A DNA stretch of 64,000 nucleotides from Acidobacteriota bacterium. Its GTDB lineage: Bacteria > Acidobacteriota > UBA6911. Positions 9,742 through 20,100 of this stretch are shown here, one piece after another. A model generated the notes under the pieces. That model was not told where the DNA came from and searched no databases. It saw nothing but the letters and a program-made list of their open reading frames with translations. Each line of letters opens with the position of its first letter. Within the stretch, counting starts at the first letter, position 1. The position numbers and the translations under genes are program-made. Location: the NCBI GenBank assembly GCA_963664705.1, contig OY761556.1, forward strand, positions 4,800,001 to 4,864,000, written 5' to 3'.

Positions 9742-11457
9742 TTAGCGCAGGAGGCCTTTTTGCATCTCTTCGTCGGAAAGATCGAAGACATGATTCGTAG
9801 GCGGCAGGGGAATTCTGTACATATATTCCGGCAGCTTATCCTGGGCCGGGGAAACACCGGATTTGACATTGTATTCATACTCGAGGCGCGCGGTCTGGTG
9901 GCCTTGTTCCCAGAATTCGTCCACCGTCATCTTATCGCCGCAAATACCATAGGCAAACTTGGTGAAGAGCTCCGGTTTCTTGAACAGGTACGCACGGGCA
10001 AAGATGCAGAATCCCATGTTTTCCAAGGCAGCCACCTGCAACTGCGTTTTGCGGGACAGGTCTCCCTGGCCCTCGCAGGACAGAGGAGGAACCGTGGCAC
10101 GGGCGCCGTAGCAATTACCCGTAGTATGATCGCCGCCTTGCGACGTCATCGCGAAGGTAACGCCGTTGCCCTTCAGGGCTCGCGGATCATATCCCGGAAA
10201 TGCCTGGCCCTTTGACATCGGCAGATCATTGATTCCGAAAACTTCACCGGTGGTCTTGACGCCATTGCCGATCACGCGGCCAAGCGGCGTGGCCGCCTCA
10301 ATCTCGTTGAGGAGTTTCATGAAGCTCTCTTCATTGCCGAACTCGGCTATCCCCGCTTCCGCAGCAACGCCGAGCGCGGCGCCAGTCTCGATCGCATCCA
10401 ATCCCAGGTCGTTTACCCTGTCATTCAGATGCGCAATGCTGTCCAGGGTACCCAGGCACAGATTGGAGCCCAGCAGCGACAGGTTTTCATACTGAACCGT
10501 GGAGCAGATCGATTTCCCGCCTTCGTCGGGGAAGATGGACAGGCACTTGATCATGCAGCCGTTCATACAAGCCTGACCGGTTTTGCCATCACCGCCACGA
10601 GCATTAATGAGCTCGACCAATTTTTCGCCGCCGATTTCGGCGAACTTGTCAAAAGCTCCCAGCGTGAAGTTACGGGTGGGACACAGCCCCAGCTCGTTGA
10701 CGATTTTGAACATGCCGGTCGTGCCATAGAGCTGATTCGTCTTTTTGATCGTTGGCATGGCCTCGACAAGCATCTGGTGGTATTCCTTTGCCGCCTCGGT
10801 AAAGACGGCTTTGTCGAAGTATTCCACCTTCGAAGTGCTGGCCGGAACGATCACCACCGCTTTGACCTGCTTGCTCCCCAGCACGGCACCCATGCCGCCG
10901 CGGGCCGCAAAGCGCATTTCGCCTTTGGGAGCGGCGCACACAACGCCCGCGCCTCGCATCAGATATTCGCCGGCAGGGCCGTTGCAGATAATGCCGCACT
11001 TCTCGCCAAACTTGTGCCGCAATGTCTGGATGGTATTCCGCGCGCCCATGTGGAGCAGCTCGTTCATAACCTCGAGCTTAATGCCCTCTTCCGAAACAAC
11101 GAGGACGTAGGTGTTCTTGTCATCGGCGGCAGGCAGGCGCTCGATGATGATGGCGCGGATGCCATGCCTTGCCAGGTCGTTGGCAGCGGTGCCTCCGGAG
11201 CTGGCTTCCTTGATGCCGTTGGTGAGCGGGCTCTTCCCGCCGATGGAAAGCCTGCCGGAACTGGAAACCGCGGTGCCTCCCAGCAGACCTGTGCAAATGA
11301 TGAGCTTATTCTTGATGCCAAGAGGCTCGCAGGTCGCGTCAACCTCATCGTTCATGAAACGGGCGATAAAACCTCTGGAACCGTAGCCGTTATATTTCCC
11401 GGCATCCTCCTGGGTGATCCCCTTGGTCTCCATGTTTACTCTAACAATTCTTGCCAT
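9742..11457 (-). CDS. aor: Aldehyde:ferredoxin oxidoreductase (tungstopterin AOR family)
   Basis: KSPLT.GIKEA, GPAGE, AARGGMGAV.GSK, CMNGCMIKC Fe-S cysteines, DLGLDAIETG, YDPR, GGDH. Confidence 0.92.
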   Translation of the reverse strand: MARIVRVNMETKGITQEDAGKYNGYGSRGFIARFMNDEVDATCEPLGIKNKLIICTGLLGGTAVSSSGRLSIGGKSPLTNGIKEASSGGTAANDLARHGIRAIIIERLPAADDKNTYVLVVSEEGIKLEVMNELLHMGARNTIQTLRHKFGEKCGIICNGPAGEYLMRGAGVVCAAPKGEMRFAARGGMGAVLGSKQVKAVVIVPASTSKVEYFDKAVFTEAAKEYHQMLVEAMPTIKKTNQLYGTTGMFKIVNELGLCPTRNFTLGAFDKFAEIGGEKLVELINARGGDGKTGQACMNGCMIKCLSIFPDEGGKSICSTVQYENLSLLGSNLCLGTLDSIAHLNDRVNDLGLDAIETGAALGVAAEAGIAEFGNEESFMKLLNEIEAATPLGRVIGNGVKTTGEVFGINDLPMSKGQAFPGYDPRALKGNGVTFAMTSQGGDHTTGNCYGARATVPPLSCEGQGDLSRKTQLQVAALENMGFCIFARAYLFKKPELFTKFAYGICGDKMTVDEFWEQGHQTARLEYEYNVKSGVSPAQDKLPEYMYRIPLPPTNHVFDLSDEEMQKGLLR

Positions 11458-11633
11458 ACACCTATGTCTCCTACTTTATTATTCCGGCATCCAAAGATCT
11501 ATCAGCCTGCCTACGGTGACTATGCGCAGACCAAGCAGTCAGACGATCGCCCGTCAGTACGGGTCAACCATCCACACACTTATAATCGTAATAAATAGAT
11601 TTTCAGCTGAGTTTAATTTTCGGGTGCCATCCT

Positions 11634-12356
11634 CTAAGCCATTGTTCCGCATACGGGACAGTCCGGTCTGCGACCGATCCCGAGCGGCGAAAAAGTCCAT
11701 TCAGAACCATTGAAAAGCAGCATTTTTCCTGCCGGTCCTGTTCGTCCCAGCAGATTCTCGACTACCGCCAAAGCCTCCATGGAACCGATAATACCGGCCA
11801 TGGGGCCAAGAGACACTGTTACATGCCCGCCGGTCCGTCTGTTTTCAAACCAGCACGAGAGGCAGGGCGTCTGGCGCGGGGCCACCGTCGTCACATAGCC
11901 GCTCCATCCATCGATCCCGCCATCCACGAGCGGCTTGCCCTGCGCAACACACAAGCGATTGGCCAGCAGACGCGTTTCCCGATTGTCCAGCGCCAGCGCC
12001 ACAAGATCGCTTCCGGCTACCATCGACGGGCCGTTCTGCTCCGTAAACCTCGCCGTTACAGGCGTCACCCGAACCGTGCCGTTCAGCGCCCGCAGGCACT
12101 CCGCCGCCCGTTCAGCCTTCCAGTAGCCTAAATCCGCTTCCGTATAGAGGATCTGACGATTCAGGTTGCTTTCCGATACCCTGTCATCGTCCACAACCGT
12201 GAGGTTTCCTACACCGGCCGCAACCAGATAATATAGCAGCGGAGAACCCAGACCTCCAGCGCCGAGCACGAGTACACGAGCACACGAGAGCTTCTTCTGA
12301 CCTTCTTCGCCAAACAGCGCCGCCTGCCGCGCATAGCGCTCGTTCGTCTCGCTCAT
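11634..12356 (-). CDS. HesA/MoeB/ThiF family adenylyltransferase
   Basis: RYARQ, GAGGLGS, SNLNRQ, CLSC and CPVC zinc motifs. Confidence 0.92.
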   Translation of the reverse strand: MSETNERYARQAALFGEEGQKKLSCARVLVLGAGGLGSPLLYYLVAAGVGNLTVVDDDRVSESNLNRQILYTEADLGYWKAERAAECLRALNGTVRVTPVTARFTEQNGPSMVAGSDLVALALDNRETRLLANRLCVAQGKPLVDGGIDGWSGYVTTVAPRQTPCLSCWFENRRTGGHVTVSLGPMAGIIGSMEALAVVENLLGRTGPAGKMLLFNGSEWTFSPLGIGRRPDCPVCGTMA

Positions 12357-12553
12357 ATTCTTTCATCCTTTTGGCGCGGGCGAAAGAAATTTCTGAAATT
12401 GAATTGCGTCGGCGCGATCAATCTTTTGGCTCGATCATCCTCCGTTACCCGCACAGCGGAAATGGTACCGCCATGTTCCTGAAGCGATACTCTCTCCGAT
12501 TATGATGATAGCCCCGGCATGCATTGATGTAAAATATTAAAAAGCTATGCAAC

Positions 12554-12570
12554 CATACGGTTTGTCTATG
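12554..12570. promoter_or_regulatory. Putative LysR operator (T-N11-A dyad)
   Basis: CATACGGTTTGTCTATG dyad in the divergent moeB/lysR intergenic region. Confidence 0.45.
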
Positions 12571-12586
12571 ATAGGAGGCACGGCCC

Positions 12587-13471
12587 ATGGAACTGCGTCA
12601 GATGGAATACTTTCAAAAGGCGGGACTGCTGCGGAGTATCACCAAGGCGGCGGGGGAGTTGCACGTCTCCCAGCCCTCAGTTACGGTGGCCATTCAAAAG
12701 CTCGAGGAGGAGCTTGGAGTGCCCCTCCTCGATCGGAGTCAGAAGCAGATTGCACTCACACCGGAAGGGCACGTGTGCCTGCGGCGAACGGACGACATTC
12801 TTGCACGCATACGCGATCTGGTCTCTGAGATGAATGATTACCGCTTCGCACAAAAGGGAATCATCAAAATCGGTATCACGCCGGTGATTGGAGCCTATTT
12901 CTTTCCTGCGGCTCTCGCGAGATTTCAGAAGACTCACCCCCGTGTGCAGGTTGCGGTTATTGAAGAAGGTTCTTTGTCGCTCCGAAAGAGACTCGCACGC
13001 GGCGAACTGGATCTCACGATGATGATTACCTCCAAGACGTCCTCCCATCTCGAAACTGTGCCGGTGGCCAAGGGGCAATTGCTTGCCTGCTTCTCGCGCC
13101 ACAATCCCCTGGGCAAACTGAACGAAATCCCCTTTTCCAAACTCCGGGATCAACCTTTCATTATGTTTCGCGAAGATACCTACAGCCGGAAGATGATCCT
13201 GGACGAATGCGCCCGGAACAAATTCACACCCCGGATTGTGTTTTCCTCAAGCCAAATCGAAACTGTCATGGGGATGGTCGGACATGGAGTGGGCATCTCG
13301 TTTCTGTTGGATACCATCGTCACCAAATATCCTGAAGTGATTGGAAGACCCCTGTCCAAACCGTTATTGCTCGAAGCTGGATTAGCCTGGAGCAAGGACC
13401 GATACCTTTCAAAAGCGGCCAAACTTCTTATGGATTCGTTTCTGGAAGCGCCCAAGGAAATCGAGCCTTAG
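12587..13471 (+). CDS. LysR family transcriptional regulator
   Basis: MELRQMEYF...SITKAAGELHVSQPSVTVAIQKLEEELG HTH plus substrate-binding domain; divergent from the AOR cluster. Confidence 0.95.
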   Translation: MELRQMEYFQKAGLLRSITKAAGELHVSQPSVTVAIQKLEEELGVPLLDRSQKQIALTPEGHVCLRRTDDILARIRDLVSEMNDYRFAQKGIIKIGITPVIGAYFFPAALARFQKTHPRVQVAVIEEGSLSLRKRLARGELDLTMMITSKTSSHLETVPVAKGQLLACFSRHNPLGKLNEIPFSKLRDQPFIMFREDTYSRKMILDECARNKFTPRIVFSSSQIETVMGMVGHGVGISFLLDTIVTKYPEVIGRPLSKPLLLEAGLAWSKDRYLSKAAKLLMDSFLEAPKEIEP

Positions 13472-13609
13472 CTCTCGGAGCCGTCCCGAATGGCGGGCAA
13501 AAGTTTTACACCCCATTAACATCATTGATGAAAAGGCGCGCAGCCGCTGCACCGATAGAGCGGCAAGACTCTCAGTACTCCATGCGAGAGCCGGAAAAGA
13601 GGATCATCT

Positions 13610-14278
13610 ATGGTGAGCGGTATCGACAGCAACCTGGCATCAACAATGGCAAGCAGCCTGTTCTCCAAACTCGACACCAACAATCGAGGCTATCTTCAGA
13701 AATCCGATCTTGAATCTGCTTTCAGCTCCATCTCCAGCGATTCCGATTCAAGCAGTGCGGACGATGTTTTTGACACATTGGATATCAACAGCGATGGCAA
13801 GGTCACGCAGGACGAAATGGCCACAGCCTTGAAGAATATTCTCGGCAGCCAGCCCAATGGCGCCAGCATGCCGGAAGGAGGGCCTGGCGGACCGGGCGGC
13901 ACGCCTCCTCCACCACCACCGGAGGGATCGGACAAAGGATTTACGAAAGATGAATTGAGCACGCAGCTCGAGGAGATCGGCAGTTCCGACAGCAAGCGTT
14001 CTTCGTTGATCTCCAATATCGTGGAAAATTTCGATGAAGCGGATACGGATAAGGACGGCAAGGTGAGCATGCAGGAGGCCATGGCCTTTGATAAAGCTCA
14101 CCAGACATCATCATCCATATCCACCCAAGCCGCTTCGGATGGATCTACGTCCAGCACCGATAGCAAGAACAGCGAGGATCTTTTCATGAAGCAGATCATG
14201 AAATTACTGAGCGCCTATCAGGTAGCCCAAAGCGGGTCGAGCAGTTCTGATAGTTCCAGCCTCTCGATTTCGGCTTGA
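13610..14278 (+). CDS. EF-hand calcium-binding protein, Ser/Pro-rich
   Basis: EF loops DTNNRGYLQKSD, DINSDGKVTQDE and DTDKDGKVSMQE; GPGGTPPPPPP linker. Confidence 0.85.
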   Translation: MVSGIDSNLASTMASSLFSKLDTNNRGYLQKSDLESAFSSISSDSDSSSADDVFDTLDINSDGKVTQDEMATALKNILGSQPNGASMPEGGPGGPGGTPPPPPPEGSDKGFTKDELSTQLEEIGSSDSKRSSLISNIVENFDEADTDKDGKVSMQEAMAFDKAHQTSSSISTQAASDGSTSSTDSKNSEDLFMKQIMKLLSAYQVAQSGSSSSDSSSLSISA

Positions 14279-14284
14279 CCCCAC

Positions 14285-14505
14285 CGGGAGCGCCATGAAA
14301 GCAGCAGCTGCCGGCAAGCAGGCCCTTTCAGAGTTCTTTGAGCTCCGAATATACTCCCGGGCTCGCAAACTCGCCCGGGGCGACTATCTTCCGCGTCTCC
14401 GGCACCGGATCTTTGTTCCACCTATACGAAGCGCCGGAGGCGCGAAAGAACGGCAAGTGCAAAAAGAGTAATTTTCATTAGGCGAGACGCCGGCGATCCC
14501 CCGTG
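14285..14505. repeat. REP-like composite element (inverted relative of 4150-4312)
   Basis: CCCGGGCTCGCAAACTCGCCCGGGG hairpin, CGCCGGAGGCGCG, and GCGAAAGAACGGCAA.TGCAAAAA shared with the 4.2 kb copy. Confidence 0.75.
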
Positions 14506-14516
14506 GTCCTTGCTGA

Positions 14517-15392
14517 TCAGTATGCGGCGCTCCCGGTAGAAATGACGTCGCGCGTGTCTATCGTAAATCTCTTATAGCTCGAAAACTGGTGAACATTGCG
14601 CCAGTGCTGTCGTTCGGTAGCGATGTCCACCGTGGCTGATGACGGAAGCCATTCCGCACGCTCCTGAGCCGGGAACTTATGGGGGTCATACAGCACCTCC
14701 ATTTCCATGGATTTGAGGTTATGATCGCTGCGCGACGACTCCAGCCCGGCGATTATTCTGTGAATGGCGCCGGAATCCGGGTCAATCCAGGCGCTTCCTT
14801 TGATGTCCAGCGGATAATCTATTCCGCGCAACCGCAGCGCGGTAGTCGATTTTGTGCCGGCAATGTGCTTGAATTGAATCTTAGCCAGACGGTGACCGTC
14901 GGCTGTCTCATACCCCGCGATCTGATATTCGAAATCGCTCTGATAATAAGGATGAAATACGAGCAGGAGCGTGGGGATGCCATTGGTTATCAGCAGGGGG
15001 ATATTCTTGTCTTTATTCTTTTTCCCTTGCAGCAGCCTGGATTCCTCCACAGAGAAACCCTCATCATCCACGTTCAGCAAGACCAGGTAATCAAAAGTTG
15101 ATTTCTGGATATACTCAGGTTTCCCCTCTTTTCCCAGCTTGGCCTGGGTCACTTTCTCCACGCATGTCACGGATTTGAACTGTGTCCAGAATTCCCCGAC
15201 CGACCTTCTCGCCTGCCCGAGGATAACCTTCAGGCTTGGGCCGTCATCCGGAACGTCACTTTCCGCGGCCTTCGCTGAACTCCCGGCGATGCACAGGCAG
15301 AAACACAGAACCATTCTATGGATCCAATGGTGCATTGTCTTTGGCAGATTCATAAATGAACCTCCGGATCGGCAAAGTGTGGATCTATTCAC
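14517..15392 (-). CDS. Exported hypothetical protein, last gene of the cytochrome operon
   Basis: GTGA overlap with the upstream stop; hydrophobic signal-like segment ending SAKA; beta-rich body. Confidence 0.8.
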   Translation of the reverse strand: MNRSTLCRSGGSFMNLPKTMHHWIHRMVLCFCLCIAGSSAKAAESDVPDDGPSLKVILGQARRSVGEFWTQFKSVTCVEKVTQAKLGKEGKPEYIQKSTFDYLVLLNVDDEGFSVEESRLLQGKKNKDKNIPLLITNGIPTLLLVFHPYYQSDFEYQIAGYETADGHRLAKIQFKHIAGTKSTTALRLRGIDYPLDIKGSAWIDPDSGAIHRIIAGLESSRSDHNLKSMEMEVLYDPHKFPAQERAEWLPSSATVDIATERQHWRNVHQFSSYKRFTIDTRDVISTGSAAY

Positions 15393-17197
15393 TGAAGTCC
15401 CTTTTCACGCCGCGGCCTCCGATTGTCGAAACGGTAGCCGATAGTCAGAAAGGATTGACGGTAATTCTCGGTGTTGCCGCGGTACACGGTCATTCCTGCG
15501 CCCAGATAATAGTGCGGCCCAAACATCCAGTTCAGATTCCCGGTGACAAAGCGGGAACGGCTTTGGCTGGTGAGGTTGGAAAATACATTTTGCTCGCCGA
15601 TCTGCACATCAAACTGAAGGTTCTCGCCGAGTTCTCGCGACACCATCAACGCCTGATAAGTCCCGCGACCGAAGGAGCTGTCGAACCGGGAATATCGCAC
15701 ATCCGCGCGAATCCCTGTGTGCAGGATATCGGCAGCGGTCACTCCGACCAGGTAATCCCAGGAAGGTCTTGCATCCCCTGATCGGCTGCTGCGGCCGACC
15801 GTTGAATAGAATCCGATTTTGCGAGGCAATTCCAGGTGGAATCCACCGCTCAACCCCTGGAAAAGATATTTATCCAGGAGCCCCGTGCTCAGAAGCCGCT
15901 CATCAAAAGTCGGAATATTTCGGAAGTAGTTCTCGCTGAGATCAAAGCTCAATATCTTCCAGGGTTGCAGCCGGATCGTGAGATAGCTTCGGCTGAGTGC
16001 CAGTCCGGATTGTGCCGGGCTCTGAACGGAATCTCCGGATGCGGTATTCCCCGTCGAGGCGTAGGAATTGTTGAGCAGGTCGTACTGCACATCACTGTAT
16101 ATGGAAAGATATCGTTTATAGAAGATTCCATTTTGAAAAAAGGCAAATTGGCGATCGGGACGCCAGTTGACGCGGGTCAGCGCAACTCCTCCGGTGGTGG
16201 TAAAGCGGAATGAGTCAAAGCTGCCCGCCTCATAATTCACAAATCCGCCGCCCATCTGACGGTGAGGATCGTAATCCCACGAGGTCGGATCCGGAGCTGA
16301 TCCACCGAAAATACCGATCGTTGCCTTGCCATAGCGTCGGCCCAGGTAAAAGCCATCCATGGTGTCCAGGCTGCTGGCCCACGGGACAAACAGCCGGCCA
16401 ACGCCGGCAACCCAGCGCGAATTGGGGTTATCATAGGAAAGGCTCAGATGGTAGGTTCTATTGACCAGGTCGACAAACGTGGGAGTCTGGGAAACACCTC
16501 CCGCTGTATGCCGATATCCGCGGTAATAGCCTCTGAGATTCCAGTAGCTTCCTCCCAGCCGCGTGGCATCGAGTTGAACCGAAAGTCCGGTCAGGGTAGA
16601 GGCCGTTGACCCGGGCTGCTGCAGATAACCAAAATCAAACCCGATCCGACCGCGAGTCCGGTTCACTTCGGGAGAAGGCGGCTTCGGCAAACTTTCCCGC
16701 ACCTCCTGATCCAGTGGATCCTCCTGTGTGAAGCTGATGACCTGCGGGTATCTCCCAACATTGGTCGCGGCCGGCTTTTGCTTGAGCTTTTCGATTTCCT
16801 CGGGCGGCACGCACGCAACGTCTCCGGGATTTATATTTCCGGATCCGGAAATTATCCTGGCTACCGCGGAAGAGGCGGTAACCGATTCAATTTCGATTTG
16901 TGCGACTTCGGTATCTGATGCCCCCCTGCGCCGTATTACAAGTTTCTGGCCCTGAACCAGTCCGGCATCACTTCCGCCTTCCAGGTATACAGCCTCGGCG
17001 GATACATATTTAACTCCATATTGCGAGCCGACTTTGACGTCGGCCAAACACAGAGAGTGAATCAGTGGAAACAGCAGAATCAATGCCGTCATCGCAGTCC
17101 GGATCCGAGCGGATCGCGGCCACAGAGTGCGAAAGCGCGACCGCTGTATTCGCCTACCGGCAGGCATTGGCGATATCGTCATCAAAGGAAGAAACAT
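15389..17197 (-). CDS. Putative outer-membrane beta-barrel (porin) with an N-terminal soluble domain
   Basis: ATG overlaps the cytochrome stop (TGATG); signal-like h-region; many amphipathic aromatic-rich strands; terminal strand SFLTIGYRF followed by a short basic tail. Confidence 0.7.
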   Translation of the reverse strand: MFLPLMTISPMPAGRRIQRSRFRTLWPRSARIRTAMTALILLFPLIHSLCLADVKVGSQYGVKYVSAEAVYLEGGSDAGLVQGQKLVIRRRGASDTEVAQIEIESVTASSAVARIISGSGNINPGDVACVPPEEIEKLKQKPAATNVGRYPQVISFTQEDPLDQEVRESLPKPPSPEVNRTRGRIGFDFGYLQQPGSTASTLTGLSVQLDATRLGGSYWNLRGYYRGYRHTAGGVSQTPTFVDLVNRTYHLSLSYDNPNSRWVAGVGRLFVPWASSLDTMDGFYLGRRYGKATIGIFGGSAPDPTSWDYDPHRQMGGGFVNYEAGSFDSFRFTTTGGVALTRVNWRPDRQFAFFQNGIFYKRYLSIYSDVQYDLLNNSYASTGNTASGDSVQSPAQSGLALSRSYLTIRLQPWKILSFDLSENYFRNIPTFDERLLSTGLLDKYLFQGLSGGFHLELPRKIGFYSTVGRSSRSGDARPSWDYLVGVTAADILHTGIRADVRYSRFDSSFGRGTYQALMVSRELGENLQFDVQIGEQNVFSNLTSQSRSRFVTGNLNWMFGPHYYLGAGMTVYRGNTENYRQSFLTIGYRFDNRRPRREKGLQ

Positions 17198-20100
17198 CAA
17201 TTCCCCCCTGAGCGATGGCATTGATAGCAGTTGGCGCTGTTGTACACGTAGCCGCTCCTTCCTGCATGCTTGGAATCGGTCTGCGCTTTGGTGTGGCAAG
17301 ACGTGCAGGTGAAAACAGAATAGTTTGATGGATTTGTATGACAGTCACTGCACGTTTTGGCATTGCCGTGACTCGTTTTCCACCATGTGTGATTAAAGGT
17401 CGCTCCCGCCCACGAGGTCGTGCTGTGACAGGTGGCACAAGTGGTTGGGAAGCCGGCGGACTGATGGCCCGGATTCGTTGTCGTCTTGTACTCGGAGGAA
17501 TGGCACGCATAACAGTCGGTCGGCGTTCCGGCGTACTTGCCGCTGATATGACATTGATTGCATTGCACACTGGTATGTGCCCCGCTCAGCGGAAATGGCG
17601 TCGTGCCGTGATTAAAGGTTGCACCGGCCCAGGAAGTCGTACTGTGGCATGTGGCGCACTGCTGCGGGAACCCCGCAGACGCATGGTTCGGATTCGTCGT
17701 ACCATTGTAGTTATTCAGGTGGCACGAGACGCAGTTGGTTGCCAGCCCGGCATAGACTCCGTTCTTATGGCAGGAGGTACACGTAACACTGACGTGAGCC
17801 CCAGTCAGCGGAAACGCCGTCTTCGTATGGCTGAAAGCCGCTCCCGTGAAGCTTGTGGTGGAATGGCAGAGCGAGCAGTCCTGCGGATACCCCGACTGTG
17901 CATGATTCGGGCTCGTCGTACCGTTGTAGTTGCTCAGGTGGCACGAGGCACAGGCCGTCGGAAGCCCGGCGTAGACATTGTTTTTGTGGCAAGTGGCGCA
18001 CTGCACAGCCGTGTGGGCACCGGTGAGCGGAAATGGCGTCGTCGCATGATTGAAAGTCGCGCTGGCCCACGATTTCGTGTCGTGGCAGCTCGAACATTGC
18101 TGCGGAAATCCCGCCTGTGAATGATTAGGATTTGCCGTCCCACTGTAATCATTCAGATGGCACGACACGCAAGCCGTCGGAAGCCCGGCGTAGACGTTGT
18201 TCTTGTGACATGTCGCGCACTGTACAGCCGTGTGGGCGCCGGTCAGCGGAAATGGCGTTGTTGCATGATTGAAAGTCGCTCCGGCCCAGGCCGCCGTATT
18301 GTGGCAGGTCGTGCACTGCTGCGGAAACCCGCCCTGCGTATGGCTGGGGCTTGTGGTGCCGTTGTAGTCATTCAGATGGCAGGATACACAGGCCGTGGCA
18401 AGGCCGGCATAAACATTGTTTTTGTGACACGTCGCGCAGGGCACGCCTGTGTGCCCACCGCTCAATGGGAAGGCTGTTGCGGCGTGGTTGAAGGTTGCAC
18501 CCGCCCAGGTGGTCGTACCGTGACAGGCTGAGCACTGCTGCGAGAACCCGGCAGATCCGTGGTTCGGATTCATCGTACCCTTGTAGTTATTCAAGTGGCA
18601 GGACACGCAGTCCGTGGCAAGGCCCGCATAGACATTATTTTTATGGCATGTGGCGCATGGGACATTCGTATGCGCGCCGGTCAATGGGAACTTCGTCTGC
18701 GTGTTGTGATTGATCGAAACACCGCCCTGCCAGGAGGAGGTGCTGTGGCACTGACTGCAGTTCTGTGGATAGCCGGCAGCCGCATGGTTCGGATTCGTCG
18801 TACCCTTGTAGTTATTCAGGTGGCAGGACGCACAGTCGGTGGCAAGGCCTGCATAAACATTGTTTTTGTGGCACGTGGCGCACTGCACGCCTGTGTGCGC
18901 GCCGGTCAACGGAAACTTCGTCTGCGTACTGTGATTGATCGAAACGCCGCCCTGCCAGGAAGAGGTGCCGTGGCACTGGCTGCAATTCTGCGGGAACCCG
19001 GCCGCGGCATGATTCGGATTACTTGTACTCTTGTAGTTATTCAGGTGACACGATGCGCAGTCCATGGCAAGGCCCGCATAGACATTGTTTTGGTGGCACG
19101 CGGTGCATTGCGTATTTGCATGAGCGCCGCTTAGCGGGAATGCCGTTGTGCTGTGGCTGAAAGCCGCGCCCGCCCAGGACGTTGCACTATGGCAGCTGGT
19201 GCACTGCTGTGGAAAGCCGGCTGCTGCATGGTTCGGCTTTGCCGCACTCTTATAATCCGCCAGATGGCAGGACACGCAGGAGGTTGACAGGCCCGCATAG
19301 GCGTTGTTTTGGTGACACGAAGCGCATTGTACGCCGACATGGGCGCCGCTCAGCGGGAACTGCGTGGAAGCGCTGTGATTGAAAACAGCGCCGGCCCAGC
19401 CCGCGGGCGTGTGGCAGCTTACACAGTTACCGGAGAACCCCGCAGCCGCATGATTCGGGTTGTTCGTCGCTGAGTAATCCTTGGCATGGCAACTGATGCA
19501 GTCCGGCGAGGTGCCTGAAAACTTGCGGTTCGCGTGACAGGAGGTGCATTCGAGCTGGCCATGCCCGCCCGTCAGGACGAAGCCGGCGTAGCGGCCATGG
19601 TCGAACTTGTTACCCATCCAGCTGTCCATGCCGGCATGACACGACAGGCAGTCGGAGGGGAATTGGGCCGCGACATGATCCGGGGACTTCGCTGCTTTAA
19701 AATCGCCCGTGTGGCAGGACGCACAATCGGTGCTCAATCCCTTGAATTGCCCGACGGCGGCGCTTTTGTGACACGATATACAATCCGATGCAGCATGGGC
19801 ACCCATGAGCGGAAAACGATTCGTATGGTTTTTTGCGCTTGTCAGCGTCACACGCCAACCTCGGACGGAGTGACACTGCTCGCAATTGCTCCCCATCTGG
19901 CGGCGGTGAAAATCGGCGTGGCAATCCGCGCACTGCCGGCCCACATTGCTGAACACAAGCTTGGAGTGACACTGTCTGCAGCCTACACCGGTGTGCATCC
20001 CGCGCAATGGATAAGGTGTTTCCGAATGTTTGAAGTCGGGGAAAGGCCTGATCGGCTTGTAGCTCGTAGAGGCATGGCAGTTCGCGCATGGAATTGTAAT

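Noticed and set aside
10429-11598. 389-aa plus-strand ORF
   Set aside because: Antisense shadow of aor with no motifs
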